DNA of 64,000 bases from Eledone cirrhosa (GCA_964016885.1 OZ024743.1:91822001-91886000), one strand, 5' to 3'. Shown: positions 29,345 through 45,879, counted from the stretch's first letter. Program-made: numbers and translations. The notes: generated from the sequence alone by a model not told the origin.

Positions 29345-29745
29345 TGAAGGCACGTGGCCTAGTGGTAGGGGTGTTGGACTTACGATCATAATCCCTGGCC
29401 TCGGGTTGTGTGTTATGTTCTGGAATAAAACACTTCGTTTCACGTTACTCCAATATACTCAGCTGAAAACGAGTACCAGCAATAGTTGGAGTTTTAACCC
29501 AGCGATGGACTGGCTTCCTGTCCAGGAGGAAGTCTTGAACTCTTAGTCGCTTCACGCCGACTCTCATACGTGAGCCATCCTTGTCATATATTTCATTACG
29601 TTGATTCTACCTGAGAATAGCGTTAAGTGTATTGGTATCTTTGGGAAATTTAACCAATTCCATTACAGTTCAATAAGTTCAGGGTATTCAGTTGTTCGAA
29701 CAACTTGACACAATCCTCATCAACGAAACTGACGGAGATCCATTC
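29345..29745 (+). mobile_element. tRNA-headed SINE with Meta-like central domain
   Basis: CGTGGCCTAGTGGT head; ACTCAGCTG..GAGTACCAGC..AACCCAGCGATGGACTGG..TCCAGG. Domain assignment is from memory. Confidence 0.6.
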
Positions 29746-29922
29746 AGTTCATATGTTTGTGTGCATATGTATACACACGTAAGTGCGTATCAGTGAGAAT
29801 GTACTTGTATACATGTGTGTGTGAGTACATGCGCGCGTGTGTGTGTGTGTGTCTGTGTGTCTGTGTGTCTTTGTACGTGTGCGAAAATAAGCAATACACA
29901 TATGTAGATACACACACACACA

Positions 29923-29988
<66 letters not shown>

Positions 29989-30041
29989 GATATAGATATA
30001 TATATATAGATATAGATATAGATATATAGATATATATGTAT

Positions 30042-30075
<34 letters not shown>

Positions 30076-30105
30076 GAATGTGTGTATGTATATATATATA
30101 TATAT

Positions 30106-30142
<37 letters not shown>

Positions 30143-30160
30143 GATATATAGATATATATG

Positions 30161-30225
<65 letters not shown>

Positions 30226-30238
30226 GAATGTGTGTATG

Positions 30239-30270
<32 letters not shown>

Positions 30271-30290
30271 TATATATATATGCGTGTGTG

Positions 30291-30366
<76 letters not shown>

Positions 30367-31269
30367 GAATTCATTCTGACATAGAGTGAATCGGTTCGGT
30401 TCTCTGGGGATATTCCACAGATTCACGGAACAACAGACATGAAGGCTTAACAATGGCAGCAGATTTAGTTTCGATGTAGGGAGAATGTGACCCAAAAGAC
30501 AGCGTACAGTAATATGGACAGTAATGGAAAATAAATATATATATGTTATTATACAGATGGTGGTGGGGGGTTAGAGGTGGTTGGTGGTGTTGTTGATGTT
30601 ATCGTGGTGTTACTTGTTACTGTTGTGGTGGTGTCTGTGGTGATGAACTGGTGTTGTTGGTGTTGTTGACTTTGTCGTTGACTTTGTTGGCGGCGGTGGC
30701 GGTGTGTGGTGTGTGGTGGGTCTTATAGCGTTGTTAGTGATGTTGTTAGTTGTATTGGTGGTTGTGGTAGAGGGATCGTCGTCTTCGTCGTCATGGTTAC
30801 TAGAGGTGGCGTTGGTAACAATGAAGACAGTAACATACATACACATCGCAATACACCACTTACAATCTGGAATAAGAATCACGAGAAACGCAGAACCCAA
30901 ATGATATAGATGCCAAGATTTAAACCAGTGATTCCCAACTGTTTCACAATGGATCTTTCTACGGAACCCCTACTGTAGTTACTCTTCTTTCTGATTGTTA
31001 TACAGTGAAAATACACCGGAGGTTCAGAACCCTTTCACTACCAGGATCCCTCTTTTATTTAAATAGATCTTTCCTCGGATCCTAACCCTAACAATCTAAA
31101 CATCAAAATGATTATACTTGGAGAAGAATAGATATCTCTAAAGTATGTGTATATTATGGTTTTAATAAATTACTTGGAACTTCGAAATTATCTCACAGGG
31201 CACTATACCTACCTTTGCGGATCTCTAGTTGGATACTCGCTAGTCTAAGGTAAACAATCGGTAGAATGA

Positions 31270-32975
31270 TAGTTTTTAACATAGACAGAAATTTGTAACA
31301 CGTCTAGAAATTTGGGTGGAGGGATTAGTCGATTAAACAACCCCAGTATTTAGTTAGTATATTATTTTATCTTCCCTTGAAAGATAAATTGCGGAGTTGA
31401 CCTCGACCGGGTTTGCAATCTGAACGCAAAGAACAATAATTATATAAGGAAAAGTATTTTGTCCAAACTCTATAGCTACTGCTAATCCACCGCTTTATTT
31501 AAATAATGATATAGGCAGAAGCTCAGAGGTCTGATGGAGGTAGGGGAAAGTCGATTAACCTCCTCCAGTATTTTACTGGTACAATATTTTATCTTACCCT
31601 TGAAAAATAAAAATGACCTTGGCAGGATTTGAACTCAAAATGTAAAGAGCCGGAACTGAATATCACAAGACATTTTGTATAACGTTATACCCATTTAACC
31701 AAACCAATATTATTCAATATTTCTGCAAATCAAATCCGACTGGTTGTAACGGTCTTCCACTCAGAACATCAATACATTCTCCATATAATCTTGTCCTTTT
31801 TGATTTTATCGTCCAAATCTCTTTCCTTGTCCTTAATAATTGTTTCTACGTTAGGCACAAGGCCAGCAAATACCCAGTGCATTACTGGTACTTTATTTTA
31901 TCGACCCCGTAAGGATGAAAGGCAAAGTTAACCTTGGCGGGATTTGAACTCAGAATGGCAAGGGCCGTTGTCCTTAATAATGATTTCTTATATAGGCACA
32001 AGGCCAGCAATTTTAGGGGAAGGGTAAGTCGATTAAATCGACCCCAGTGTGTGACTGGTACTTTATTTTATCGACCTCGCAAGGATGAAAGGCAAAGTTA
32101 ACCTCGGCGGGATTTGAACTTAGATCATAAAGGGCCGTAACCCTATGCTGCAAAGCATGGCGTCCGACTCTCTACCGATACTGCCAAACCACTGCCCTTT
32201 TTCATTCTCCTTAATAATTGTTTCTACATTTGGCACAAGACCAGCAATTACCCAGTGCATTACTGGTACTTTATTTTATCGACCCCGTAAGGATGAAAGG
32301 CAAAGTTAACCTCGGTGGGATTTGAACTCAGAGGGGAAAGGGCCGTAACTCTATGCGTCAAAGCATGGCGTCTGACCCTCTACCGATACTGGTAATCCAA
32401 TGATTTCTAATTTAGGCACAAGGTTGACATCTCTCATTCGCAATACTTATTATTTATTTCTGAGGCTGTTGGATCATTTATTGATTTCTAATATAGGCAC
32501 ACAAAGCCAGCAAATTTCTGAAAATGGCAAAGTTGAGTAAATCAACCCCAATGCTTGACTGATACTTTATTTTATCAACCGTGGAAGGATGAAAGGTAAA
32601 GGTGACATCGGTCAGATTTTAACTCTGGACGCAGAGAAACGGAACGAATATCGCAAAGCATTCGTTCCGATATTTTAATAACTCCACCAATTCATTGCTT
32701 TACTGAATATATTTACTGTGATTTAATTTATTGGCTATTACGTCATTTATCGACTGCTAATTAATTTATCGTGCAATAATTAATTTATGACACTTACTTA
32801 AAATCAATTAGTACTTAATTAAGGACTGGTATTTTATCTATAGGCCAACTGCTGGTAGAATCGTTATGGCGTCGGATAGAACTATGATATTGGCGGCATT
32901 TGTACAAATCCCAGCGAGATCAACTTTGCCTTTCATATTTCGTGATCGATAAATAAGATACCAGTTCAATACTGA
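31270..32975. mobile_element. Cluster of ~7 young and old SINE copies, mostly minus strand
   Basis: Cores near 31370, 31590, 31895, 32070, 32280, 32575 (-) and 32925 (+); TSD TTGTCCTTAATAAT at 31827-31840 and 31968-31981. Confidence 0.85.
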
Positions 32976-33121
32976 TATATTATCTCTCTCTCACTCCCTC
33001 TCACTCTCCTCCTCCCCTCTCTCTCTATCTATCTATCTATCTATCTCTCTTCCTCTCTCTCTCTCTCTCTTTCGATCTATCTCTCTCTTTCTATCTATCT
33101 ATCTATCTATCTATCTCCGCC

Positions 33122-33201
<80 letters not shown>

Positions 33202-33327
33202 AAAGTTCTATTTAAATTGTTAGGATACAACAAGCAAATACTTTTATAACTGATATAAAGCACTCGACAAATATTTGGAGTAGATATACGATATTAATAA
33301 ATAAACTATATTTATAAAACCATATTT

Positions 33328-33390
33328 ATTTCATTATATATATTTCAAGGATACCAAGTTACATTATGGTATGCCTTCATCAGATAAAAT
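33328..33390 (-). ncRNA. Minimal type I hammerhead ribozyme
   Basis: ATTTTAT-CTGATGA-AGGCATACCA..TGGTATCCTT-GAAA-TATATA-TA|ATGAAAT. Confidence 0.8.
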
Positions 33391-33466
33391 ACAATATATA
33401 ACAGTTTTATAAATAGACATTGACGTACCCCTTTTAAAAATTGACCGTTGTTTTTGGAAGCCTCCA

Positions 33467-33526
<60 letters not shown>

Positions 33527-33616
33527 ACTAGACAAACTGAGTGTGCTAGTACGCCGAAATTTCGCACTCGCTGAATGATTTCACGGGACTTGCATTTCCG
33601 AAGTGCCTGTCCGTGA

Positions 33617-34514
<898 letters not shown>

Positions 34515-34519
34515 CTCTG

Positions 34520-34600
<81 letters not shown>

Positions 34601-34776
34601 GGAGAGAGAGAGAGAGAGAGAGAGAGGTTTAATACTATTAAGACCATTATTCAGCAGAGTACTCAGTATGTATTATATATGTATGCATGTATGTACGTGT
34701 GTATGCATGAGTTGAGCGAGTATTAAGTCATTGTATGTGTGTATGGGTATGATGTACATGTATAGCCAGAGAGAGC

Positions 34777-35828
34777 GCATATGAGAGTACCCAGCATATG
34801 GGAGTACCCAGCATATGGGAGTACACAGCATATGGGAGTACACAGCATATGAGACTACCCAGCATATGGGAGTACCCAGCATATGAGAGTACCCAGCATA
34901 TGAGAGTACCCAGCATATGAGAGTACCCAGCATATGGGAGTACACAGCATATGGGAGTACACAGCATATGAGAGTACCCAGCATATGAGGGTACCCAGCA
35001 TATGAGAGTACCCAGCATATGAGGGTACCCAGCATATGGGAGTACCCAGCATATGAGACTACCCAGCATATGAGAGTACCCAGCATATGGGAGTACCCAG
35101 CATATGAGAGTACCCAGCATATGGGAGTACCCAGCATATGAGAGTACCCAGCATATGAGAGTACCCAGTATATGGGAGTACCCAGCATATGAGGGTACCC
35201 AGCATATGAGAGTACCCAGAATATGAGAGTACCCAGCATATGGGAGTACCCAGCATATGAGAGTACCCAGCATATGAGAGTACCCAGCATATGAGAGTAC
35301 CCAGCATATGGGAGTACCCAGCATATGAGAGTACCCAGCATATGGGAGTACCCAGCATATGAGGGTACCCAGCATATGAGAGTACCCAGAATATGAGAGT
35401 ACCCAGCATATGGGAGTACCCAGCATATGAGAGTACCCAGCATATGGGAGTACCCAGCATATGAGGGTACCCAGCATATGAGAGTACCCAGCATATGAGA
35501 GTACCCAGCATATGGGAGTACCCAGCATATGAGGGTACCCAGCATATGAGAGTACCCAGCATATGAGAGTACCCAGCATATGAGAGTACCCAGCATATGG
35601 GAGTACCCAGCATATGAGAGTACCCAGCATATGGGTGTACCCAGCATATGAGAGTACCCAGCATATGGGAGTACCCAGCATATGAGAGTACCCAGCATAT
35701 GGGAGTACCCAGCATATGAGAGTACCCAGCATATGGGAGTACCCAGCATATGGGAGTACCCAGCATATGAGAGTACCCAGCATATGAGAGTACCCAGCAT
35801 ATGGGAGTACCCAGCATATGGGAGTACC
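34777..35828. repeat. 17-bp minisatellite AGTACCCAGCATATG(A/G)G, about 60 copies
   Basis: Seen directly. Confidence 0.96.
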
Positions 35829-36085
35829 TCGGAAGTCACTCTATATCTCTCTCTCTCACATTACACTTCCTATCTCTCTACCTCTCACTTCTCGCTCTCT
35901 TTTTACCTATCCTACTCTCACACACACACACACACACATATATATACGTCAATGTATGTATGCATGTATGTGTATACGTATGTATGTATGCTTCATATAC
36001 GTACGTTTGTATGTATGTTGTATATACGCACATATATGTATAAATGCATATATATATATATGTGTGTGTGTGTGTCTATGGGAGT

Positions 36086-36124
<39 letters not shown>

Positions 36125-36159
36125 CGTGTATATATGTGTATATATGTCAATTCGCTCTC

Positions 36160-36648
36160 GAGTGCTACTGGTAACATGTAAACCCAGTACAACCTGTCCC
36201 ATAGTCGGGTCGTCGGCGACGAAACCGGCGACCCCACCAAGCTTCTTGGTGAGGAGGGTGATATTTGGACACCCTTTGGGATGAAATACAAGACCCGGCA
36301 AATGGCGGAGGAACTCAGTAAAGTCAACGGCCATGCAAATAATACTTTTATTTATTTATTTATTTTTTACCTGGGAATGAAAGAACCCCAGTTTTTGTCA
36401 CCACACCTTTCTAAGAGAGGGAAACTCTGAAAAAACTCGGAAGCATCCGATGATGTTGACCAGTTCTCCTTTTCGGGTAGTGTTTTCGTTGCTCAGAGAG
36501 TGGGATTGGTCGAGTGCAAGGCCTTTTCCCACTTTAAAAAACCTTCAAAGCACAGGCATTGCTTGTTTAGGATATGTCACAGCTTTGTGTGACTGGCCGT
36601 AGCCTAAAAGTGATTGCAATACTCTTAGCAAAGTTTGCAGCCATCATG
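36160..36648 (+). mobile_element. Non-autonomous RTE-derived element
   Basis: Body similar to 9715-10238; tail GATTGCAATACTCTT.GCA.AGTTTGCAGCCATCAT matches the RTE end at 18598-18633. Confidence 0.7.
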
Positions 36649-36929
36649 TGTATATATATATATATGTGCCTATATGTATGTATATATATGCACGTACACA
36701 CATGTAGGGGCACAAACGCCTGGTCATATTGATATACCCAAAAATCTGTGTCACAACTGAAGTGAGGCAGACCTATACACTAACCCACATGCATATATCC
36801 ACACACGCACATATACTCTCACTGGGTGACACCCATACACACGTACACACACATTAATATAACTAGACACCATTGCTTATTGCATCACTCAAATCAGATG
36901 TCAGATACAACCATACACGAAAACACGCA

Positions 36930-36946
36930 TACATACACAAATGCAT

Positions 36947-37000
<54 letters not shown>

Positions 37001-37960
37001 ACTCACACACGCATACACACACACATACACACACACTCACACACGCGCGCGCTTGAAGACACATTCAAATACGAACGCAAACCCATACGCACACGTACGC
37101 ATGCACGCAGACACATGTACGCACATGTACGCACACATGCAGGCATATTCACACGCTTAAGCATGCGCACACTCACATACATAGACATACGTATATACAA
37201 GCCCGCTTGAGCATGTATGTTCACGTAGACACGCCCGCTCCCACACACGCATGCATGCTAGTATACACTAGTATACACATGCAGACATACACTCACACAC
37301 GAAACGCAAACGTATACTCACACACTCCACACACGCATACAGGCACACATTCACATAGAAACTGTTCACATACACACACATACATTGACACATACTCACA
37401 TACACGCGCAAAGGCATACATACATGGACACACACATATATATAGACCCGCCTGCACTGGTGCAAACACACTCACATAAAGACGTAAGCACACACGCACA
37501 CACACACACACACACACACGCACACACGCACGCAGGAACACTCACATAAGCACACACACACGCACGCAGGCACAATAACATAAGCACATACACGCACGCT
37601 CACAGGCACACTCACATACGCATTTAACCACACACACACACATGCACGCACGCAGGCACACTCACATAATCTACACACACACATGCACGCACGCAGGCAC
37701 ACACATAATCACACACACACACACACATGCACGCACGCAGGCACACTCACATAAGCACACACAAACACACGCAGGCATACTGACATACGTACGCATGCAA
37801 GTTTGCAGGCAGATTCTCCCATAGAAACACCAGCACTCATGCACACATGCAAGTAGACTTACACACACACACACGCACTCACATACGCATACACACACAA
37901 ATACGCCCGTACTTACGCAGACACACACTGCCATCCACACACGCACACTAATATAGGCGA
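36930..37960. repeat. Degenerate (CA)n low-complexity tract
   Basis: Seen directly. Confidence 0.9.
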
Positions 37961-38194
37961 ACATTTTACGATGACCTCATCAATACACACCTGTTTGCAC
38001 GTCAGATTTTATCGATTTACATCTCAGCAGAAGATATGTTCACAACCATATAAAATGCAGCATGCAGTTGCTGCACACCTGTGCACCGATTCTGTTATTC
38101 CGTTGCTTTACCTCTCTATATAATGCAACATATAACAACACCAATTTATACAAATGAAACAAAAATAAAGCGAACTAATGAGTCAGATTCTATA

Positions 38195-38780
38195 TCCAGA
38201 GGTTCCGAACCTTTTTACTACTAAAGAGTCCCTTTTATTTAAATGGATTTCCTATGGACCCTCTTCCATCCTCTTCCTGCTATAATCACCCCATCCTCCC
38301 TACTAAAATTTCCCTCCCCCTTCCCTTAAATTGCCTCATTCCCACTACACTTACTCTCCCAGTCATAATAGTCTAGAGGTTCCGAACCTTCTTCCTATCA
38401 AGGGCACCTTTTATTTAAATGAATTTCCCATGGACCTTCTTCCATCCTCCTCCAGTGACAATGACCCCCCCCCCCCCTCTACCCCCTCATTGCTACAATC
38501 AACCCTTCCCCGCTAAAATTAGCCTCCCGCCGCCCCTCGCATAATTTGCCACTACCCTTACTCTCTCCCAGATTTTTATATAGTGATAATATTCTACAGG
38601 TTCCGAACCTTCTTACTACTAAGAACGCCTTCAAATTTCCCACGGTCTCACCTCCATCCCTTTCCGATACAATTACCATCTCCCACCCCTAAATTGTTAT
38701 GCAGTGAGAATATATTAGTGTCCAAAACTTACACTCCTAAGGAACCTTTTAATTAAGTTGGATTTTCCTACGGACATTCC
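38195..38780 (+). repeat. Tandem degenerate units beginning with a hAT-like terminus
   Basis: AGGTTCCGAACCTT at ~38200, 38376 and 38598; relatives at ~30926, 31019 and 39161 resemble Charlie-type CAGTGGTTCCCAACCTT. Confidence 0.5.
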
Positions 38781-39604
38781 ACCCAACTCTATGGGCACTA
38801 TCTCACCACCACCACGACCAACCCACGACCACCGCAACAACCACCATCCCACAAACCCCACCACCCCACGACCATAACCACCACCACCACCACCACTACC
38901 TCATGATCACCCCCACCTCCACCACTACCGCAACCCACGGCCACCACCCCACCACTAGCACCATCCCACCTCCCCACCACTAGCCCCCCCCCCCACCACT
39001 ATCCCACGATCACCTGCACCACGACGACGACGACGACCACCACCACCACCACTACCATCCAACCACCACTGCCACCACTCCGCACTACAATCACTGCTCT
39101 CCTATATTGTTATAGGATGAGAATAACAATCAAAACAAGAAAAGGTTTTTATTTAGTAAGCCAGTTGTTCCCGAGATTTTCACAGTCATTGATCCCTCTT
39201 ATTCAAATGAATTTCCCGACGGAATCCCAACCCCGTGATGCACTTATTTCCCTCCCTGATTGTTATACGGCGAGGATCACGATCGAAACAAAAGAGCGTC
39301 ATGTTTCTTGAACATATTTCTATGGACCCCCAATATCTGTGGCCCTGAAGAAGGCTGTGGCTACAAATCTTCTGCTATGAGTAAAGAGACTCTTCTATGA
39401 GTAAAGACACCCTTCGGTCACGAATTACCATAGGATTTGCACCTAGAAAGTTGCCCACCGGAAAACAATTCTGGGCAAGGTTGTTTGTGGAAGACCAAGT
39501 CAGCTTAGCATCAATGACGCCGCAACTCATTTCTACAAAAATAGAGAAATAAAATAAATAAATAAATAAATAAATGAATATATATATATGTGTGTGTGTG
39601 TGTA

Positions 39605-39689
<85 letters not shown>

Positions 39690-39762
39690 GTAATAGCAAA
39701 ACAAACAGTACAGTACAAAGAAGAAATATATTAGTTTAATGCATGAAATAGCCGAAAAAGGG

Positions 39763-39798
39763 TCTTAACGTTTCAGACACTAATCCTTCATCAGAAGA
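39763..39798 (-). ncRNA. Ultra-minimal hammerhead ribozyme
   Basis: TCTT-CTGATGA-AGGATTAGTGTCT-GAAAC-GTT|AAGA; palindromic AACGTT. Confidence 0.78.
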
Positions 39799-39949
39799 GT
39801 TAGAAATAGAAGATAAATAGAAAGTAAAGAGTGATAAGAGGAAGAAACGGGGCAAATGAGAAAATAATTGGGGAGAAAAAAAGCACATGTGCATATTCAG
39901 TCGGCCATATGTATGTATGTTATATCTCTTTCTCTTAATTTCGAGTATA

Positions 39950-41898
39950 TTTTTTTGACCGGCCACCTTCCTGGTGGCAAGGTTGTAAAAGAAAAGAAAT
40001 TGTCATCCCTTGAATCGCAAGAATGTTTTGCAAATTTTGAAGGTGCCAGCTATCGCAGCCATTTGTAGATTATGAATTAGGGAGCTGCGCTTTTTGTCCG
40101 CAAATCCAAGTTCAATCATACTTTGGTCCAAGCGGGTTGGTATATAACCCGTAGCTCCAATAATGATGGGTATGAAGCTAAAGGTGTATCTTGGATACTG
40201 GATTTGTAAACTCCTCATCAATGGTCCGTAGATGTCCTCCTTCTCCTGTATTTTTCTGACAAGGTTTACATCAAGTGTGCAGCTGATCTCCACAACAGAA
40301 CACGTTTTCAATGTGTGGTCCCAAACAACAATATCAGACCGGTTGTGCTTTAATTTGGTGGCAGTTTTTATTTTCAGGTTCCACCAGTATTCCTTAGTGC
40401 CATCTGTCTCAATATATTCTTCCTCGTTTGTTGTTAATTTTGTTTTCCGAAGTGCGTTCCAGATGGTTCTAGCTATCCCATCGTGTCTCATGGGGAGGTA
40501 GTAGTGAGATGACATTCTTTCGCAGCTGGCAACAATGTGGCTTACATCCTCGATCTTTGTTTTACATAGCCTACATTTATTGTCAGCTGCTGGCCCTCCT
40601 CTTTTGTGCAGCAGATATTTGGTAGGGAGTTCTTGTTCCTGTATTGCATAGAGATATCCCCCAAGGTGTGATGTCATAAACTTGTCGGAACTCCATGCCA
40701 GGCTTTTTGAGTGGTTTATCCCCTCTATGGTCTGTGTTTTACGCCTCAAGTATCCATGCACAACTTTTTCTGTAAATTGGTCAATTTTTTTATCTTGTTT
40801 GAACATTGAATAGGATCTACGATTTCTCTGGGTGAGAGATTTATATCAGGCTTTATTCCATATCTCTCCTCCAGATCAGTCGCTATTCTAATGATATTTT
40901 TTTTTTCATGCTCATAAACCTGGGCAAGATGGTTGCCAACCTTTTTCCTCTGTTGAAGGTGTTGCTTCAGTGTTACTATCCGGGTCTCATATGTTATTAA
41001 TATTGATTTTAGACCCCGGCCACCTTCCTTGCGTGAGAAGTATAGCCTATCCACATCACCATTGATGTTAAAGTTCCCAGTAACACTGAGAAGTTTTCGA
41101 GTTCTAACATCCATCTCACTTAGTTCTTGCAATGACCAGTTCAGCAGGCCAAATGTTGGCGTTAGAATTGGCACAGCATAAGTATTGTGGGCAATGTATT
41201 TGTTGTATGCTGACAGTTCTGATGACCATATTTTCTTTACTCTTCTGAGGTATTCAGTTCTGGTTCTCTCCTTATTTATGGGTCCATCATATCTGACATT
41301 CTCATCCTGTCCAAGATATCTGTAGTTGTCACCTGACTGCAGAGGTTGTATTGTCAGGCCGTTCATCTCTAGATTTCTAGAGGAGGGCACAGCTCTTCCA
41401 CGTTTTATTGCCAAATATGCACACTTGCACTCACCAAATTTCATTTTGATGTCGGTTGAAAATTGTGTAATGAGGTCCAATTGTTTCTTGATGTCATTGA
41501 TATTTGCCCCATACAACTTCAGGTCATCAACAAAGAAAAGATGGGAGATACTTCTGGGCCCACTTCTTTGTCCACCTTGTTTCCTGAGTAGGTAAGATAG
41601 TGGATTCAGTGAGAGAACGAAGAGTAGCACTGACAAGCTATCACCCTGAAAGATGCCCTTCTGGTAATGTATCTTATCAGTCTTAACTTGCTCCTTCTCA
41701 CCTCTAAGGATCAAATTGGTGTACCAGTTCTTGGTCAGGCGTTCAACAGCAGCTACCAATGGTTGTGGGACTTTAGCTAACTGTAAAGCCTTAATAATCC
41801 ACCCATGAGGTACACTATCAAATGCTTTTTGATAGTCCAGCCACACCACAGTCATGTTTCTGCGATTCTTTGTTGTTTTTTCCTGAATCATTTTGTTG
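39950..41898 (-). mobile_element. 5'-truncated R4/NeSL-like non-LTR retrotransposon (RT, CCHC finger, RLE)
   Basis: WLDYQKAFDSVPH, GIFQGDSLS, LFFVDDLKLY, YRYLG, GGRGL; CRLC..H..C, RHD, HNRSDIVVWD, VVEISC; one frameshift near 40800. Confidence 0.92.
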
Positions 41899-41973
41899 TA
41901 TGTATGTATGTATGTATGTATGTATGTATGTATGTATGTATGTATGTATGTATGTATGTATGTATGTACCTAT

Positions 41974-42385
41974 GGGAGAGATGACCCCTTAGCCTTTGTC
42001 AAGGCAGAATTCTAGGAGAAGGAAAACTCTGATATAACACCTGCAACCCTGATGGTATCCAATGATGTTGACTTGTTCTTCTTTTTGGTAAATATCATCT
42101 TGGTTGAGAGAGTGGGACTGGCTTGTGCAGTGCTTTTGCTCACTATAAAAGCTTCACGGCACAGGCATTGCTTTATATCTGGAGATCTCTCTGCACTTGT
42201 CGTCACATGGTACCATTGGCCCAGCACTATGTGTCAGTAATTGTCACAAGTGTAGTGTTTGTACCAGAGTTTTCAAGTCGCTGGCTGGACTAAAAAGTCA
42301 CACTTGTTCAGCGCATCGGTAGGGGCTCTCCTACATGGATATAAAGTAGTTGCCGTACTCGATAACGAGTTGGCAGCCACCATGT
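41974..42385 (+). mobile_element. Non-autonomous RTE-derived element
   Basis: Near-identical to 9826-10238; flanked by (TATG)n. Confidence 0.7.
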
Positions 42386-42964
42386 ATGTATGTATGTATG
42401 TAGGAATCCCGTAGGTGAACGATCAAGGAAAACAGTGCTCAGTCTGTTAAGTGTATGGAATTTTGTTTATATTATATACATATATTACCAAGTAAAGGTT
42501 TGGCAACGGCAGTATAGGAACTGGCAACCTCCTCGCAATGACGCATATTGATAGAGATGGCCTCAGTTCCTGTGCTGGAGCCTTATTTAAATCATAAGAT
42601 TTCCTCATTGAGATAATACTGTCACTCAACTGTTTTGTTATTTAGCCCTTTGGTTACCATATTTCACATCAGAGACACAACTTAATATTTTCAAATATTA
42701 AAAAAAAAAAAGAATCTACAGGGCTTTAGTAATATGACTCAGTGTTTTATTAATTAGCTGATATTTGGATCCTAATTTAAGAAAGGATCTTACATGAAAT
42801 TATGATGGGAGTGTTTTAAATAAATGTGCATGAATGGGGCGGCGTTTCTGGGGTACTTTTAAACCTGGCGTAGCCCAATCCACCCCAGGTCTGAATACAG
42901 CAAATATCTTCTAGAGAAGGAAAGAGAGAGTGAGAGAATGGAAGTGAGAAAGGGATATAGAGGA

Positions 42965-43125
42965 AGAATTGACCCCAGTGCTAGAGTGGTACTTTTTTAT
43001 CGACCGCCAATGGATGACAGGTAAATTTGACTTCGGCGCGATTTGAACTCAGAGAGCAGAGATTTGAAACGAATACTGCAAAGCATTCTATCCGACTTTC
43101 TAACGACTCTGCCAAGTCGCCACCT
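42965..43125 (-). mobile_element. Old SINE copy
   Basis: Diverged SINE core and B-box. Confidence 0.7.
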
Positions 43126-43499
43126 TATATAAATATAAGCACTTTAAAACAAAGAATTTTATAATCGGGCCACTCAGCAAGGATGAGTGAGGACATTAAA
43201 TGATATTGCCACCATACTATTCAATGTTGCACACTCATATGTAGAAAATCTCAAGTAACAGGCTTATTCCGAAACTTAGCGTTAAAGTTATGACGAATAA
43301 GCACACACACAGAATGTTCTGAGAACACCACACCACACCACCACACCCTCGAACACAGAAGTCAGGTGATTGGTCTGTTTGTAACGTAGAGACAAGGGCG
43401 TTTCCGGGTGGTTAGTTATCGAAAGGAATACATTAGTAATGTTTACTTTCACCGTTGATGTGTCAAACACCTCGTGTAGAATGTTCTTGTTTTTTTTTC

Positions 43500-43541
<42 letters not shown>

Positions 43542-43549
43542 ACACACAG

Positions 43550-43644
<95 letters not shown>

Positions 43645-43972
43645 CACACACACACACACACACACACATACACACACACACACACACAGACAGACACACA
43701 CACATACCCCAAGTTACCCTAAGTATCGACTACTGTGGTGATTAATGGTCTAACTGGTTTTTACTGCATATATATATGTGTTTATATGTATATTATATCT
43801 GTATTTTTGGCCGTTGGTCAGTCAATGGAAAACATTGAGGACCAAATGAATTAACTGTAGAGATATAAAAGGTACAGAAGCGAAAACCAACCAAACAGTG
43901 AGTATGTTCTGTTATTAATTCTGGCAATATTATTACAACAATATGACCCTCCCCAAGTATAGCAACATTCTG

Positions 43973-44048
<76 letters not shown>

Positions 44049-44104
44049 TTCGTTTCTGAATTTGTTTAGCAAGATTCTTTATCTGAAATCGTGTGTTGAA
44101 ACCG

Positions 44105-44718
<614 letters not shown>

Positions 44719-44723
44719 CATAA

Positions 44724-44756
<33 letters not shown>

Positions 44757-44761
44757 CATAA

Positions 44762-44792
<31 letters not shown>

Positions 44793-44807
44793 CATAAATA
44801 TATATAC

Positions 44808-44864
<57 letters not shown>

Positions 44865-45273
44865 CACACGCGCACACAACCCACGCAAACACACACACAT
44901 GCACGATGGCCAGACCAGGAGAGGTGCAGAACATGGGCCTACAACTCGCCTCAGATTCTAGTTCTTTTCTTCAGTTTTTCTTACGTATAAGTATACTATG
45001 TGATTACATGGACATATATATACCTGTAGCCCACCCATAAACTATATATATTTAGCACTGATTACTAAAATACTCAATGAACAGTCTGAAATGAGGTCTA
45101 AATATTCGGTACCTGGATATTTAGCACCCTAGGTTTGTTGTAGTGTGCGCCCCTACATTCCCAAATATAATAATTTCAACTTACAGTTTGGTAAACTGAC
45201 CAACCTAGTTTTTGCCCCTTCTTGCTCTGACCACACTAAGGAAAGTACCAAGGCTGTATTTTCCACTACACAG

Positions 45274-45342
<69 letters not shown>

Positions 45343-45879
45343 CATACACACACACAGGTCATGTTACAGATCATAACACCCTCTCTCCCTCACATTCGAT
45401 ATTTCCACAACACTGCAGCACAACAGAAATATTTAGCGATTTATTCATTGGTAGCTGTAAAGTATCATATATTTAATTTAATTATATAAACTATGGAAAA
45501 ACCGGTGGTTTTCTGCTAGCATGTGTAGTGTGCATATTGATATTATATGCAAATATATATGCATTTAGATATGATACATCAAATAAAATCGTAATTGAGA
45601 ATATGCACAGAAATTGAAGAGAGACTGTGTTACACTGTCTTCTGTAACCAGTAATCATGATACATTTAAAAAATCCATGATACATTTAAAAAAGACGATA
45701 AACTGCATTACGGCAAAATTTTATAGAAACGAAAAGGGAGAAAATTAGCGACGGAAATATAAACCTTATATAGCGATGCAAATATATGAACGTTTATATA
45801 AGCGATGTAATATGGCGTCCATTATATCATAACCGGAAGTATTGACATTTGAAAATTTTTAAAGAAGTGAATCTTGAAA

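Noticed and set aside
34673-35839. 388-aa repeat protein
   Set aside because: A 17-bp stop-poor tandem repeat open in several frames.
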